Assembly: GCA_951406725.2 (NCBI GenBank)
Contig: OX597816.1
Coordinates: forward strand, 135,904,001 to 135,968,000
DNA: 64,000 nucleotides
Reading direction: 5' to 3'
Source of the DNA: Octopus vulgaris
Lineage: Eukaryota
This document shows, piece by piece, positions 50,803-64,000 of the stretch (the first letter of the stretch is position 1; each line of letters starts with the position of its first letter). The notes under the pieces are model-generated. The model saw only the letters and a list, made by a program, of their open reading frames with translations, was not told the origin of the DNA and did not search any database. Made by a program: the position numbers and the translations under genes.

Positions 50803-53150
50803 CTCTTATGCATCCATAGCTTACACTGGGTATATCTTATGGAGTTTCTACCTACAACTTTTTTACAAATCGAGTAGAGCCATCTACCCGAAGGGGTTTG
50901 TGATGTGTTTGCCTTCCTACTTACTGGGACATTGGTTTTTGTAACATTGATTCTAAGGTCCATCGATTCTAAACCTTGTTTCCACACCTGCAATTTCTTC
51001 TCTAGTTCTGGTAGTAATTCCACTATGAGAGCAAGGTCATCAGCATAGAGGAGCTCCAAGGGGCAGTCTGCCTTGAATTCCTCTGTTATTGCCTGGAGGA
51101 CTATGATGAATAAGAGGGGGCTTAGAGCTGATCCTTGGTGAACCCCTACTTCTACCTGGAATTTCTTCACTATATTTATTGATGACCTTTACCTTACTAA
51201 CGGCATCCATGTACAAGGCCTGTACAGCTCTTATTAACCACTCGTCAATCCCCAGTTTCCACATAGCCTTTCAGATAAGGGATCGGGGAACCCTGTCAAA
51301 GGCTTTCTCCAAGACAACAAAAGCCAAGTATATCTTCGGCTAGGTATTTCTCCTGCAGTTGCTGTACCAGGTATATATCATCAGTGGTGCTTCTACCTGG
51401 TACAAGACCAAACTGCATCTCATCTAAGCAGACTCTCTCCCTAATTAATTGGGCTATGACCCTAACACGACCTTCATCACCTGATCTAGCAGTTTGATAC
51501 CCCTGTAGTTATTTCTATCTAAAGCATCACCTTTACTTTTGTAGCAGTTGACTATGGTGCTGCTACCCCAGTCATTGGGTATAACTCCTTCATGAACTAC
51601 CTGGTTTACAATACAGGTGACTAGGCCACGACCCACACTACCAGACATTTTAAGCATCTCAGCAGTGATTCCTGATGGACAAGGGGCTGTTCCTAACTTC
51701 ATATCCTTAATTGCTTTATCTACCAGGGTACTATCTATTCGGATAGCTGGTCAGCATTTGGCAGCCTCTCCTCCTCCCATTCATTCTCCACATTCAGCAG
51801 CCTTTCATAATGGCTTCTCCAAGCCTCTTTCTTTTCACAATCATTAAAAGCAAGTGCACCATCATCCATGTGGACACATTTCTCTCCTGTGACATCACAA
51901 TTTTCTCTCACACTGTCTTACAATCCAAAATACTTCAATTCGTTGGTCCTCTCGTCATTGAGCTATGGCAAACTTCTTCTTTTCTGCTTCTCCCTTGGCT
52001 ATGTATACCAGTCGCCCAGCCTCCCTTCTGGCTATCAGGTACAGTTCCCTGCTACCCCTACTCTTTCAGGCCTGTTTCTTTGCTCTAATGGCCTTGTCTA
52101 CCATATTATTCCACCACGTTACTCTAGGTCTGGAAAAGACTTTGCACCAACCATAGATTTGGTCTGTGGTGCTCAGTAAGCTGTCCCGTAGGAATTTCCA
52201 GTTACCTTCTATGTCCAAAATCTGTAGCTCCTCCTCCCTCTCATCAAATTTCTCAATGAAGATGTCCCTAAATCTCTGACCATGTGATAGGTTCTTTAGC
52301 TTCCAAATCCTTCTTTTCTGGATTGGTCTGCTTCTTGGCATCCTTCTGGCCATGAGTCTAAAGTTACTAATAACTAGTCAATGCTGGGGGTCAGGTACAT
52401 TCTTCACCAGGGAGGGTCTTTGTATTTAAGAGCAACTATGCATCCTGCTATCTGGTGAGAATGATATCAATCTGGCTAGCAGAGTTGTCTGATTAATGGG
52501 TTATCAGGTGGCTGTCTGGCTTCCTGAAGTTAGTGTTGCAGATTAATAGGTTGCATGCATCACAGAACTCCAGTATCTTAGTTCCCTCTACGTTTCGGGA
52601 ATCAATTCCATGGCTCCTGTGAACACCATAGAAGATACCGGATAGCCATCTGACATGCCCATTAAAATCTCCAGCCGCAAAGATGAGGTCAATGCCACTC
52701 GTCTTTGAGGTAGCCTGTAGAAGGGTATCATAAAAGTGGTCCCTCTGATTGTTTGATAACCCCCGCTTGTGTGGCGTAGGCAGAGATAATTGTAGCTATA
52801 CTGTTCTGCAGGACTAGCCTGAGCTTAAACACTATCGCATACTCTGACTACTTCTATGACTTTATCCATTCATTTCTCTGCAAGGAGTATGCTTACACAC
52901 CCTACTCCATCACTGTTACCTTTCCAGAAGATTTTATACCTATGTGCCTTGCCCGTGAGGATCCTCACTGAAGCTCCTCTCCACCTTACCTCTTGCATGC
53001 AGCATACATCAACATGTCTCCATTCATGCATCTTTACAATCTCACTAGACCTACCTTTCAGTGTGCCTACATTGACAGTGCCAACTCTAAAAACAAGGAA
53101 AGGAATGTGGGAGGAGGCATGGGGAGGGGAGATGTTATTCAGTGCCTGAA
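50799..53150 (-). mobile_element. RTE-clade LINE, decayed (APE endonuclease plus RT), 3' part lost at a (TA)n tract
   Basis: EN motif RVGTVNVGTLKGR...CCMQEVRWRG; RT motifs GVHQGSALSPLLF and LLYADDLAL; same family as 5430-7862. Confidence 0.92.
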
Positions 53151-53396
53151 AAGTGTTTTTGTGTTCATTTGATAAATATGCTACAACTGTTCTCACTTTT
53201 GACCTGTCATCACTCAAACAATCAAGTATGTTACGATTGTTGCCTTTACTGGGGGTAGGAGTAGGTGATAGTTGCGTTATAAGTATAAGCATTATGGACA
53301 TCGTAAATTCAAGCATTACTGGAGTTGCAAATATAAGTAAATCAATAAAGATAGATAAAGAAGAAGAAAATATGAATATCAATATGCTAATGTTAG

Positions 53397-53755
53397 ATTA
53401 AGTAGGTGGGAAGCTAAACTAGTTGCATTTCTCTCGGGAGAGGGAGAGGAAATTGCAGGTATGATAGATGATACCACCAATGAGTGAGGGGGTCTCTGGT
53501 GAGAGAAGAGAGGAACAAGCACGCCCATATACACCCATGCATACAAGAACAAGCACACACACACCCACACACACAAGACAAGTATCTCCACAGACAAGAA
53601 CAAATGCACACACACACACACATGGAACATGCACGCATGTATAGCCCACTTCAATACGTCCATGGAAATTACTGAGTAGTTTGTTGACAAATTTCGAGGC
53701 AAGATGAAAGATAGCCGATTAAGTAAGTGGGCAGCTAAACTAGTTGCATTTATTC

Positions 53756-53788
<33 letters not shown>

Positions 53789-54870
53789 ATTGCAGGTATG
53801 ATAGAGGATACCACCAGTGAGGGAGTGGGTTTCCAGTGAGAGAAGAGAGATATCCGGTAATGGTGGTGGAAGAAGAGAGATATGCAGTGTTGGTGGAGGG
53901 AGAAGAGAGAGGGAAAAGAGAGAGAGATCAGGTATTGGTGGTGGGAGTGGGAATGGGTGCACCATGAACAAGGGTTAATTTAGAGAGATGGCATGAAAAA
54001 TATGTAGCTAAAGAGATTCCATTTAGAAAATTACTTGAAGAATTAAGAAGGAACGAAAGCTGAGGGAGAGAGAGGGAGAGAGAGAGAGAGATTTAGGAAG
54101 TTATATATTGAAGGGTCAATTTAAATAATTAGCTTACCAAAGTAGATATTAGTAAATAATACATAAATAAATAAATGTAAATAATAATACATATTAAAAA
54201 GTGTTAACAGCAAATGGATGAGTGAAAAGATTAAAAAACGAAAGAATATCTTAGCTTAGCAATGCATAATTGAGCATCCAAGAACAATATAAGTGGAGAT
54301 TGCATGAAAAACAGGAAGGAAGTATGTGAGTAAAGTGTTTTATAGGTATGCTACGACCAGAAGTGGACATTATGGACATTCCTTCCTGGGCCGGAGACAA
54401 TAGCAATGATAGTAGCAGAGAATAGCATAAGGAGCCATAGCGAGTGGGAAGACGTAAGAGAATAGTATGCAAAATACTAAAAGAAATTTAGCCAACATGA
54501 AACCCAGACAGAACAGGCACTGCGAACAAGCAAGGGTTAATTTAGAGAGATGGTATGAAAAATATGTAGCCAACTTGAGAACACAGGAGAGGAGGAGAAA
54601 TTCCATTTAGAAAATAACATGAAGAATTAAGGAGGAATGAAGGCTGAGAGAGAGATTTAGGAAGTTATATATTGAAGGGTCAATTTAAATAATTAGCTTA
54701 TGAAAGTAGGTATTAGTAAATAATAAATAAATAAACGTAAATAATAATACATATTAAAAAGTGTTAATCGTGAATGGATGAGTGAAAAGATTGAAAAACG
54801 AAAAATGAGAGAATATCTTAGCAATATCATAATTGGGCGTCTGAGAACAATTTAAGTTGAGATTGCCTGA
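53397..54870. repeat. Two diverged direct duplications upstream of the RTE element
   Basis: 53397-53510 resembles 53718-53850; 53968-54310 resembles 54530-54870. Confidence 0.8.
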
Positions 54871-55514
54871 AATATAATATTGAAACATAATATTATTTCA
54901 AGTGATATCCTGGCTCCCAAAAACGACATTGTGCATGATCTTCATGGTACCATCATTCAACATGTACCAGTGCAATCTACATGGTAGAAATCAGTTCACA
55001 TTATATGCTACCAACTATCCAACTGATTTTAAAGTTTCTTTAGGATATTACTGTCCCTCCACACAGTTTGGGATAGCCCATTAATGTTTCCACAAAATCA
55101 GACACATCAAAGCTCTGCAATTGTACAAGACCAGCCATCAAATTTCTTATACCTCAGGGGATTGAGACACCACAACTGATTGGTTGTGCAAGAGAGATGT
55201 TTTCATGTTTACGTTCAGTGCATTCACCCCTCATCCTATCAGATATGCTATGGAACTTCAACTCCCATCACTTGGCAGTGACACTATCTTCTTTGACCAT
55301 CAACAAGCCTGAGAGATACTCCCTCAGAGTTGGTGGAACTGGACTGATACATTAATGTTTCCTTCATGGTCTGCTCTATGCTGTATACTCATGTACTGGG
55401 CCAAGCAAACAACTTTTACAAAGCACCAAACAGCTAAACAAGAAATGCTATCCACCCCCAAAGCTCTTGCTGAAAAAAGAAAACATTTTCTGTTAGAATT
55501 CCTTGTGTTTTATG

Positions 55515-56587
55515 TGTGGGATCTCAATTTGACTGACCATCCAAATGATTTTGAAGACTGCAGAATAAATGATAATCAGGTGGGGCACTGTCTGGCGAAT
55601 ATGGTGGGTGGGGCATTGTTTCCCATTCAAACTGCTCCAGCCTTTCAAATGTCATCCTCACTGTATGTAGCTGAGCATTATCCTGATGGAAGAACACCTT
55701 TTGTCTTGAAACCAAAGATGGTCATTTTTTCTTCTAGTGCTGATTTAAGCTGCTTGCAGTAGATCTCCTTTATTGTTTGGTTTGGGCTTAAAAGTGCAAA
55801 GTGGACTACACCTTTCATATCCCACTAAACAGATAACAACACCTTATGTGAGTAAAGACCTTCTTTAGCTTGGGGTGCTGGTATTTCACTTTTCCCTACT
55901 CACTGTCTTCGGTGCTTGACATTTTTATAGAGAACCCATTTCTCACCACCAGTCACTATTCGATCCAAGAAAGGTTCATTCATGAGATGTGACAGCAAAG
56001 AAGAGCACACATTCACTCTCTGTGCACGATTAGACTCAGGAAGTTTGTGAGGAACCCACTGACCCAATTTTCTGACTTTTCCGATAGCATGCAGGTTTTG
56101 ATAAATGGCTGAATGACCAAATCTAAGCTTTTCTGCTAGTTCCTCAACAGTTACAATGGGATTTTGTTTCACCAGGGTTTGCAGGATGTCCTTGCTGAGC
56201 TCTACAGATCTTCCAGGATGAGGCTCATCTTCTAGGCTGTAGTTTCTGACTCAGAATTTCTGGAATCACCGATGACACTGGCTTACACTTATTGTCCGAT
56301 CCCCATATACCACATTAATATTCCTCACACATACTGTTGCATTGTTGCTTTTATTGAATTCATAAAACAAAATATGCTGAATATGCTCCTTTGTCACTTT
56401 CATTACTACTTTGAAAAAATAACTGTTAAAATCGAACAGCACTCTTCAAAACTTGCACTAAGAATAAGGACAAGGTAAAATTACTACCTGCTTTTATAGC
56501 AAGTTGACGCAGGTAGTTTATCTGGTCTCCCTCCAACTTTTAGTTCATGCAATTGAAAAAACCCACATTATTTATGGGATGACATAA
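55515..56587 (-). mobile_element. Mariner transposon, one end truncated
   Basis: End ttatttatgggatgacataa plus TA; ATG at 56403; motifs KLGQWVPHKL, DRIVTGGEKWV, HQDNA, HPPYSPDSAPPDY. Confidence 0.9.
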
Positions 56588-57000
56588 TATATATATATAT
56601 ATATATAATTTAATGAACACAGTACAAAGATAAAAGCTACTAATAGTTTCATTCATTGGAGACATGAGTCTAAGCAAATTTTTATAACACACCTTGTGTC
56701 TCAGAGCAAAGTGATATTTATCTCCATGGATCTCTTGTAGTTGTGGCAGATACTGGTGTCATGCAAATGGCACGTAAAAGCACCGTTACACTCTCAGAGT
56801 GGGTGGCATTAGGAAAGGCATCCAGCTGTATAAACCATGCCAAATCAGACTGGTGTCTGGTGCAGCCTCCCAGCTTGCCAGCCATGGTCAAACTCATGGT
56901 AGCATGGACAATGGATGTTAAATGATGATGATGATGATGGAGTACTTTTTTGTTGATCTTACCTTAAAGGAAAAGTGAACTGTATATATATATATATATA

Positions 57001-57178
57001 GGGAGAATTCACAAAAAAAAACCAAAAGACGAAGACAAGTGGTGTAGACAACAAACAGATGTATTAGTATAATGCTCGGGAAGTGAAAAAGTCTAACATT
57101 TCGAGTCTACGCTCTTCCACAGAAAGAAAGAAATGAGAGAATATAAAGAATGTGTAGGGGCTAGCAATCTATCATGAT
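57001..57178 (-). mobile_element. (TA)n-inserted short repeat, probable Penelope pLTR fragment (copy 2)
   Basis: Same start gggagaattcacaaaa directly after (TA)n; CUGUGGA-AGAG(cguaga)CUC-GAAA remnant at 57091-57126. Confidence 0.55.
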
Positions 57179-57454
57179 ATATAATGTGTGTGTGTGTGTG
57201 TGCATGTGTGTAATATAGTCTCCCTTTTACTCTTTTGCGCATTTCTGTCATTTGACTGCAGCCATGCTGGAGCACCACTCTTAGTCAAAGAAATCAACTC
57301 CAGGACTTATTCTTTGTAAGCCTAGTACTTATTCTATCAGTCTCTTCTGCCAAACCACTAAGTTTTGGGGACATAAACACACCAACATCAGTTATCAAGC
57401 AATAATGGGGGGACAAACACAGACACAATGACACACACATAAATATAATTATAA

Positions 57455-57485
<31 letters not shown>

Positions 57486-60400
57486 CACACACACGGTGGG
57501 CTTCTTTCAGTTTCTTATTTCTTTACTGCCCACAAGGGGATACACACAAAGGGGACAAACAAGGACAGACAAATGGATTAAGTTGATTATATCGACCCCG
57601 AAAGGATGAAAGGCAAAGTCAACCTTGGCGGAATTTGAACTCAGAACGTAAAGATAGACGAAATACTGCTAAGCATTTCGCCCAGCGTGCTAATGTTTCT
57701 GCCAGCTTTCTGCCTTCTTTCAGTTTCTGCCTACCAAATCCACTCACAAGGCTTTGGTAGGCCTAAGGCTATAGTAGAAGACACTTGCCCAAGGTACCAT
57801 GCAGTGGGACTGAATCCAAAACCATGTGGTTGGGAAGCAAGCTTCTTACCTCATAGTCACACCTGTGCCTGAGTGACAAAATTAAAATTATCAACAAGCA
57901 TGAGTTCAAAATCATCACATATCACAGAAACCTGGAAAACATTCAACTTTAAACACGTCTGCATTACAGTAAAAATATATGTAAATTTAATTATGTACAA
58001 AAAGCACTATATAAAAATTTGCTAAAAGTTAAATCATTAAACAAAAGTAATATTTGCCACCTGATCAATGCTTGGTACCTCTGCTAGTATGTATGTGTGC
58101 ATGTGCATTATATGTATTTTTTCATTTGTTTACAGCTTTCAGTCACTGGACTGTACCATGCTGGAGCACTACCTTCAAGGGTGTCATTGATTATATCAAC
58201 CCTAGTACTTTGTTACTGAATCTGTCTATTTTGAGTTATGTCCCTTTGGGTATAAATATTAAAATGTAGACAATGTGAGTGTGTGCGTGTGTGCATTATA
58301 TATTTGCATCTAGATATATCTATATGTTTGAAACTTCTTATATTTTCCTTTGCATCTTTTACTCTGTTAAGAAAGATGGTGTCAAATGCAGTTTTTAAGT
58401 GTGAAAATGTTATATTAGTGCAAATATAAATAGTTATATGCTAACTTTTCAATAAAAAAAGAAAGAAAGAAAAAAGAAAAATTAGTAGTAATCATAATAA
58501 CTAGTTGGACATGTGAAAACTTCACAGAAAACATTAAAAAATGTAAGCATCTGTAAATTGTGTGCTGGTGACATGAGAAATATTTCTATATTGTGACACA
58601 GAATATAGAAAGAAGAGTAAAATCTATAACTATATAATCCAACAAAATATCTCAGTTGCGCAAGAATAAACAGAATTACTATTTGTCCTTAATATACATC
58701 GTACATATTCAAAGAACTTTCTTGGTTTAGTGGTATGGAATGTTCTTCTGGTATTCTTTTATTCTTTTATCTGTTTCAGTCATTTGATGGTGGCCATGCT
58801 GTAGCACTATACTTTAGTCAAAGAAATCGACCCCTGGACTTATTCCCTGTAAGCCTGGTGCTTATTGTATCAATCTCTTCTGCCGAACAGCTAAGTTACA
58901 GGGATGCAAACACACCAACATTGGTTGTCAAGCAATGGTGGTGGGGGATAAACAGACAGAAACACACATACATAAATTAATACATATACTACATACACAT
59001 GACGGACTTCTTTCAGTTTCTGTCTACCAAATTCACTCATGAGGCTTTGGTCGGCCCGAGGCTGTTAGTAGAAGATACTCTTTAAAGTAAAAAGTTGAAT
59101 TTTGTGTAGCCAATGGTTGGCAACTTTTCTCCACCACCCATTTTTTGGTCTCTTTTCACAGTTGTACCCCGTTCAAAATGTGCCTGAAAATAAAAAACAT
59201 AGTCTTTCCTCCCAACTAAAAGACATGAAGAACTATGAAAGAAGGCGAATAAGTGCCGGGGGTGGGGGAAAGAAGAGAGAACTAACACTCAATCATTCTA
59301 GAACTCCCAGAATAAAAACATAAATACCTGAAAGATTTTCCCTCTATTCATTACTAAATGTCTTTCCCTCTTCTTCATTGTTAAAAGTAAAGAAGCTAGA
59401 AAAGACTGATCATATTTCAGTCTAATAGTCCTTGTAGATGACTGAGGCTTTCCTCTCTCTGTCTCTACCATTTCACTCCTTTACTCTATGGTTAAGATAA
59501 TGAAGGTGATTGGCCCACAATTGTAAAGTCATGAGTACAATTCCCGGTGGTGCGCTGTGTTCTTGAGCAAGGTACTCTACTTCACCTTGCTGCAGTCCAC
59601 TCAGCTGGCAAAAATGAGTTGTAGTTGTAATTCAAAGGGGCCAGCTTTGTCATATTCTGTGTGAGGCTGAATCTCCCTGAGAACTGTTATGGTATGTATA
59701 TCTGTGGAGTACTCAGTCACTTGCACATTAATTTTATGAGCAGACTGTTCCATTGATCAGACAAACAGGAACCTCGTCGTTGTAAGTGAAAGTGTGTCAT
59801 TTTTTAGGAAGAGTGAAAGAAAAGGAAATGTTCTATATTGTAAGGCAAAAATGCCATGTGTTTAGTATAAGTAGTGAAAGCTAAGATGAAATAATTGCTA
59901 TTCCATCATGTATTTGCCCTTGACTCATGCTCAGTTTGATAATAACAGCCTGTGCATCAGTGTTTATCTGGGGACTTGGCCTCCAGATTGGTGAGACCCA
60001 CAAATACCGCTGTTAGGACTGGATTAACACCCATAGTGACCCTAGCAACTAAAAAGATTTTCCTGTCCCTATATAGGATGTTTTTAAATTTTCTTCCAAC
60101 TACTTCAAGGTTTATGTTGCTCCAGTCCACTCAGCTAGCCAAAATGAGTTGAAGCTGTAATTGAAAAGGGTCAACCTTGTCATATTCTGTGTGAGGCTCA
60201 ATCTCCCTGAGAACTATGTTAATGGTTTGCATGTCTGTGGAATACTCAATCACTTGCGAGTTAATTTTATCCTTGTGTGGTAATGAAAAGTGAAAGTGAC
60301 ATCCAATATTTGCTGTAGTTATTTGTCTTTGATTTAACAATGTGTCTATGTATCAACTTTTCTATTGATCTATGTATCTACTGTCTCTCTCACTTCCTCT

Positions 60401-61778
60401 GTGTCCCTCCCCTCTCCCGCTTTTAATTTAACATTGTGTATATGTATCTATGTATCAACTTTCCTTTCATTCTATGTATCTACTTTTCTTGTGATGTGAT
60501 AAACATTTAAATACACAAAATGAACGCCATCACCACTCACTGCCTCTTTCACTCTCTCTCTCTTTTACTTCCCCTCTCTCACTTTGCCACTTCTCCTGTG
60601 AAGTAAGTGTGACACACACCACAGGTATGTACAAAAACAAGTTGGTGTATTAATATTATTTATAATAATCCACATGCTATTCTCTTAATTCATATTTTTT
60701 CTGTGCTTATTGAATATTGATTTCAAATTTTGGCACAAGGCCAGCAGTTTTGGGGGAATGGATAAGTCAATTACACCAACCCCAGTACTCAACTGATATT
60801 TAATTTATTGACCCTGGAAGAATGAAAGGCAAAGTCAAGCTCAGCAGAATTTGAACTCAAAACCTAAAGACAGATGAAATGCTGCTAAGTATTTTGCCCA
60901 GTGTGCTAACAATTTTGCCAGCTTGCCTTGAGCTTATAACTACAGAGATGAATAAAGATTCGGTTTACGTGAGGATTTTTTCTGGTGACTAATCTTGTAA
61001 CAAAATATACAAACTAACACAATTTATTTTTTATCCTTTTAAAGTTGGAAAAATAAAAAACAATAAAACTCTCCCCATTTTATTGTTTGATGTTGGTGGT
61101 TAGATAACAGCCAGACACTGAGGAAGAAAGAACTTAACCATTTGATTATGAAATGAACAAAACTCAGCAAAAGTGATGTAGAAAATTTGTATTGATTTCT
61201 TTTTTGTCAGCAACAGCAAAGTTTGTAAAGCATACATACTTGGATTGATACATGATACAATGCCAATAGAAAAAACTGCACTTTGCTGCCAACTTGAGTT
61301 AACAGAAATCAAATAGAACATGAAATTTAAAAATAAAAAAAAAAAATTAAAATAAAAAAAAAAAGATAAGACTTCCCCCACAGTTCTGTAAATAGCCTTT
61401 TGGCTATAAACTTAAACTCATTTTAAATGAATGTTTTGTTTAAAACATGAATTTAAAAAAAAATAAAAGAATTTGTTTTCTTATATAAAGAAAAAAATAA
61501 CAAAAATATTATTTTCAAATAGAAAGAAAATAGGGAGAGAGAGACGGACAGATAGAAAGAGGGAAAGTGGGGGAAGCAAGATTTGAGGGAAACATATAGA
61601 ACAAACAATGAATAGTGATGGACTAGAGACGAAATATATTTGACAGACAGACAGCATGATGCTGTGCAGCAGCCCCCTTCCCAACCCAAACAATGCAAGA
61701 GCACCCGGTATTACCCAAGCAGGCAAAATGGTAGCGGTAGCAGTGGTTGTTTTTCAAGTCTTTAAATTCTGTTTAATG

Positions 61779-62427
61779 TCACATCTGCGTGTTTTCTGTA
61801 ACTTTATTAACAGGAGGAGGAACAGGGGGTGGTGGAACAGGGCGGAAAGACAAGCGGTTGCTGCTCTGCCGAGTGAATGTGGCACTAGAGCTGCAAGCAG
61901 AGGAGTTAGGGGGGCCAGGCAGCTTATCATTCACAGTAGCATTTGTTAGAGAAGACTGAGCATGGTTAAAAGCAATTCCAGATTCTTGCTCAGTTTCATA
62001 GTCGAAGTTGGGTTCATACAAAGATGTGGCTAAAGTACCTGTTGCTTGGCATTGTGATGTAGAACTTCCAAAACTACCAGTTGATGCAGATCTTTGGTGA
62101 CATGAACTGGGGACAACAGGTGGTGGTCCTTTTGGTCTTTCAGGGGGTTGTAGACGTCGATGTTCAGATTTCTTTTCTGGTGTCGTTGGCATTTTGTTCT
62201 TTTCTCGTTCAGAACTATTACTATTGTTAGTAGTCAAAGTATCCAGTCCACTTGAAGCTGATGCTTTTTCTTCCGATATTTGTCCACCAGTGTTTGTATT
62301 ACGGGGCCAGGTCATACAAGACATTTTAGATTGTGCAAATGACGATACAGCTACAGAATGGGGTCGTTCTGGTGGAGGTGGAGGTGCAGGCTTTTTGGCT
62401 GGTATTGGTTTCTTTGGAGTAGCTTCA
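61779..62427 (-). CDS. Terminal coding exon of a gene with a proline-rich C-terminus (possibly RhoGAP ARHGAP17/44-like); upstream exons not identified
   Basis: aaacag|T acceptor; 649 nt open frame EATPKKPIPAKKPAPPPPPERPHS...RPVPPPPVPPPVNKVTENTQM*; several PxxP motifs and a class I PDZ-type end. The family call is inference only. Confidence 0.75.
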
Positions 62428-62744
62428 CTGTTTCAAAGAGACACAAAAATTAAAAGCAACATTTCAAAATGTTTAATAATCACATTTTTTTTTACAAATT
62501 ATTTTACATAAAAATACAGACATCATATTTCACCATTCTTTATAAGTTTTATTTACAATAATTTTAAAAATGAATCACACATTATGGAAACTATCTTCTA
62601 TCAAATAAATATTTTGCAGTTTGTTTCAAACATAGATATAAAAGCAATGTTATTGCATAGCTGTTACAAGTGAAAATATTGTAGAACATAGACTGAAGGA
62701 AAGTCAATGTTCTAGAGATAGTAAGTCAAAGCAATTAATATTTG

Positions 62745-62800
<56 letters not shown>

Positions 62801-62805
62801 ATATA

Positions 62806-63945
62806 CAGGGTATCCTAAAATTAAGGCAACCAAAGTTTTGGACTTTAATAACTATCAATAAATGTGGTAAGATATGAAAATTATACATCATTATGAAAAC
62901 TTAGTGTGTCTTCTTTTTGTTTCAGACTGAATAAATTCAGATTTATAAATTAGATAATGGTTATAGAGCAAAATATTATTGTAACCCTCCCCAAAGGAGG
63001 TGAAAGCAATACAGCTATAACAAAAAAGTTTAAAATTAACCAAACAGCAGCCTGGAAAATTATCAAGAAATTTCAAGAGACTGGTTCCACCACTGATCGA
63101 CCTGGACATGATTGAAAAAGAAGTGTGCGGCCACCTCAGCTTATCAAAAGTACCAGAGAAAAGATACGGTAAATAAACCACAGCAAAAATAATCCAAACA
63201 TCAGTGTATCGAGTGCTGAAGGAGGATCTCAGGACACACCCCTACAAGATGATCCGCTGTTTTGAGCTCACAAGTTTATAAGGCTATGAGACTGCAGAGA
63301 AATCGTCTCATACTGCATTAGATTTCTGAAGGTATGCTGTCCAACCAGGAGTTCACTGATGAAAAGAATTATGACATTAAACAGACAGTAAATGATCAGA
63401 ATGACCGACTTTGGAGCGTGTCTGACTCCATCAAGGGTAGACTCATAAATTAACATCAAAATCTACAATCAGTTATAGTTTTGGTGGCTGTAACAGTCAC
63501 TGGAAAGTCTCCCCTCATTTTTGTGCCCTTGGGTGTTAAAATTAACACCCAGCAATACATTAGCAACATTCTGGAAGCTAGAACTGTTTTCATGGGGTGA
63601 ACGAGCACTTTCAAGGTGAACCTTGGAGTTTCCAACAGGACTCAGTAGCATCCTACAGCTCTAAACAGATATAAAACTGGAAATACATTCAGAAATACAT
63701 TTCATTGTTCATAGGCAACGGTGCATGGCCCTCAAGAAGTCCTGATCTCAACTTGCTGGATTTTTCTGTTTGGTTCGTTTAGGAGACAAGGGTTGCAAGC
63801 ACTCCTCATGCTTCACTTGCTCTGAAGGCAAAAGTGCACCAGGAATGGGTTTCGATTCCTCAAGAACAGCTGTGTACAGCTTGTGAAGCATTTGCACCTA
63901 AACTTAAGGTTGTGATTCAAAACAGGTGGTTATATTGAATAAATG
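62806..63945 (+). mobile_element. Tc1/mariner-superfamily transposon (maT/DD37D-like), decayed; right TIR not seen in the window
   Basis: Starts TA-cagggt after (TA)n; motifs KKFQETGSTTDRPG, FTDEK, FQQDS, WPSRSPDLNLLDFSVW. Confidence 0.8.
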
Positions 63946-64000
63946 TGGTAGTGTCATAATTGCGTTTCCTTTACCATTGCATTGCAATGCTTGGACCCGA

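Noticed and set aside
62194-62511. Plus-strand ORFs overlapping the proline-rich exon
   Set aside because: Antisense shadow of the minus-strand coding exon

Overview
Eukaryotic, AT-rich, microsatellite- and SINE-dense DNA. The repeat landscape points to an octopus (coleoid cephalopod) genome; this is an inference. The window holds one complete multi-exon gene on the minus strand, TTC25/ODAD4 (outer dynein arm docking complex, TPR protein). I reconstructed it as 13 coding exons from 31123 down to 9719 with consistent GT-AG phases (about 572 aa), with a candidate RFX/FoxJ1 promoter element upstream. The proline-rich terminal exon of a second minus-strand gene lies at 61779-62427 (possibly ARHGAP17/44-like), and a weak chain of exon-like segments runs from about 39.8 to 47.3 kb. 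The rest is decayed mobile DNA: RTE, CR1 and Tx1/L1 LINEs, Tc1, mariner and maT transposons, TTAA MITEs and several SINE families. Most interesting is a recurring structure of short fold-back (inverted-duplicate) cassettes in or next to (TA)n tracts. Three of them (26.1, 27.1 and 42.3 kb) carry back-to-back minimal type I hammerhead ribozyme motifs, a further single motif sits at 19.0 kb, and a Penelope GIY-YIG endonuclease relic at 47.9 kb suggests the mobiliser. A pre-miRNA-like hairpin is present at 1637-1713. Repeat boundaries are approximate unless TIRs or TSDs are quoted.
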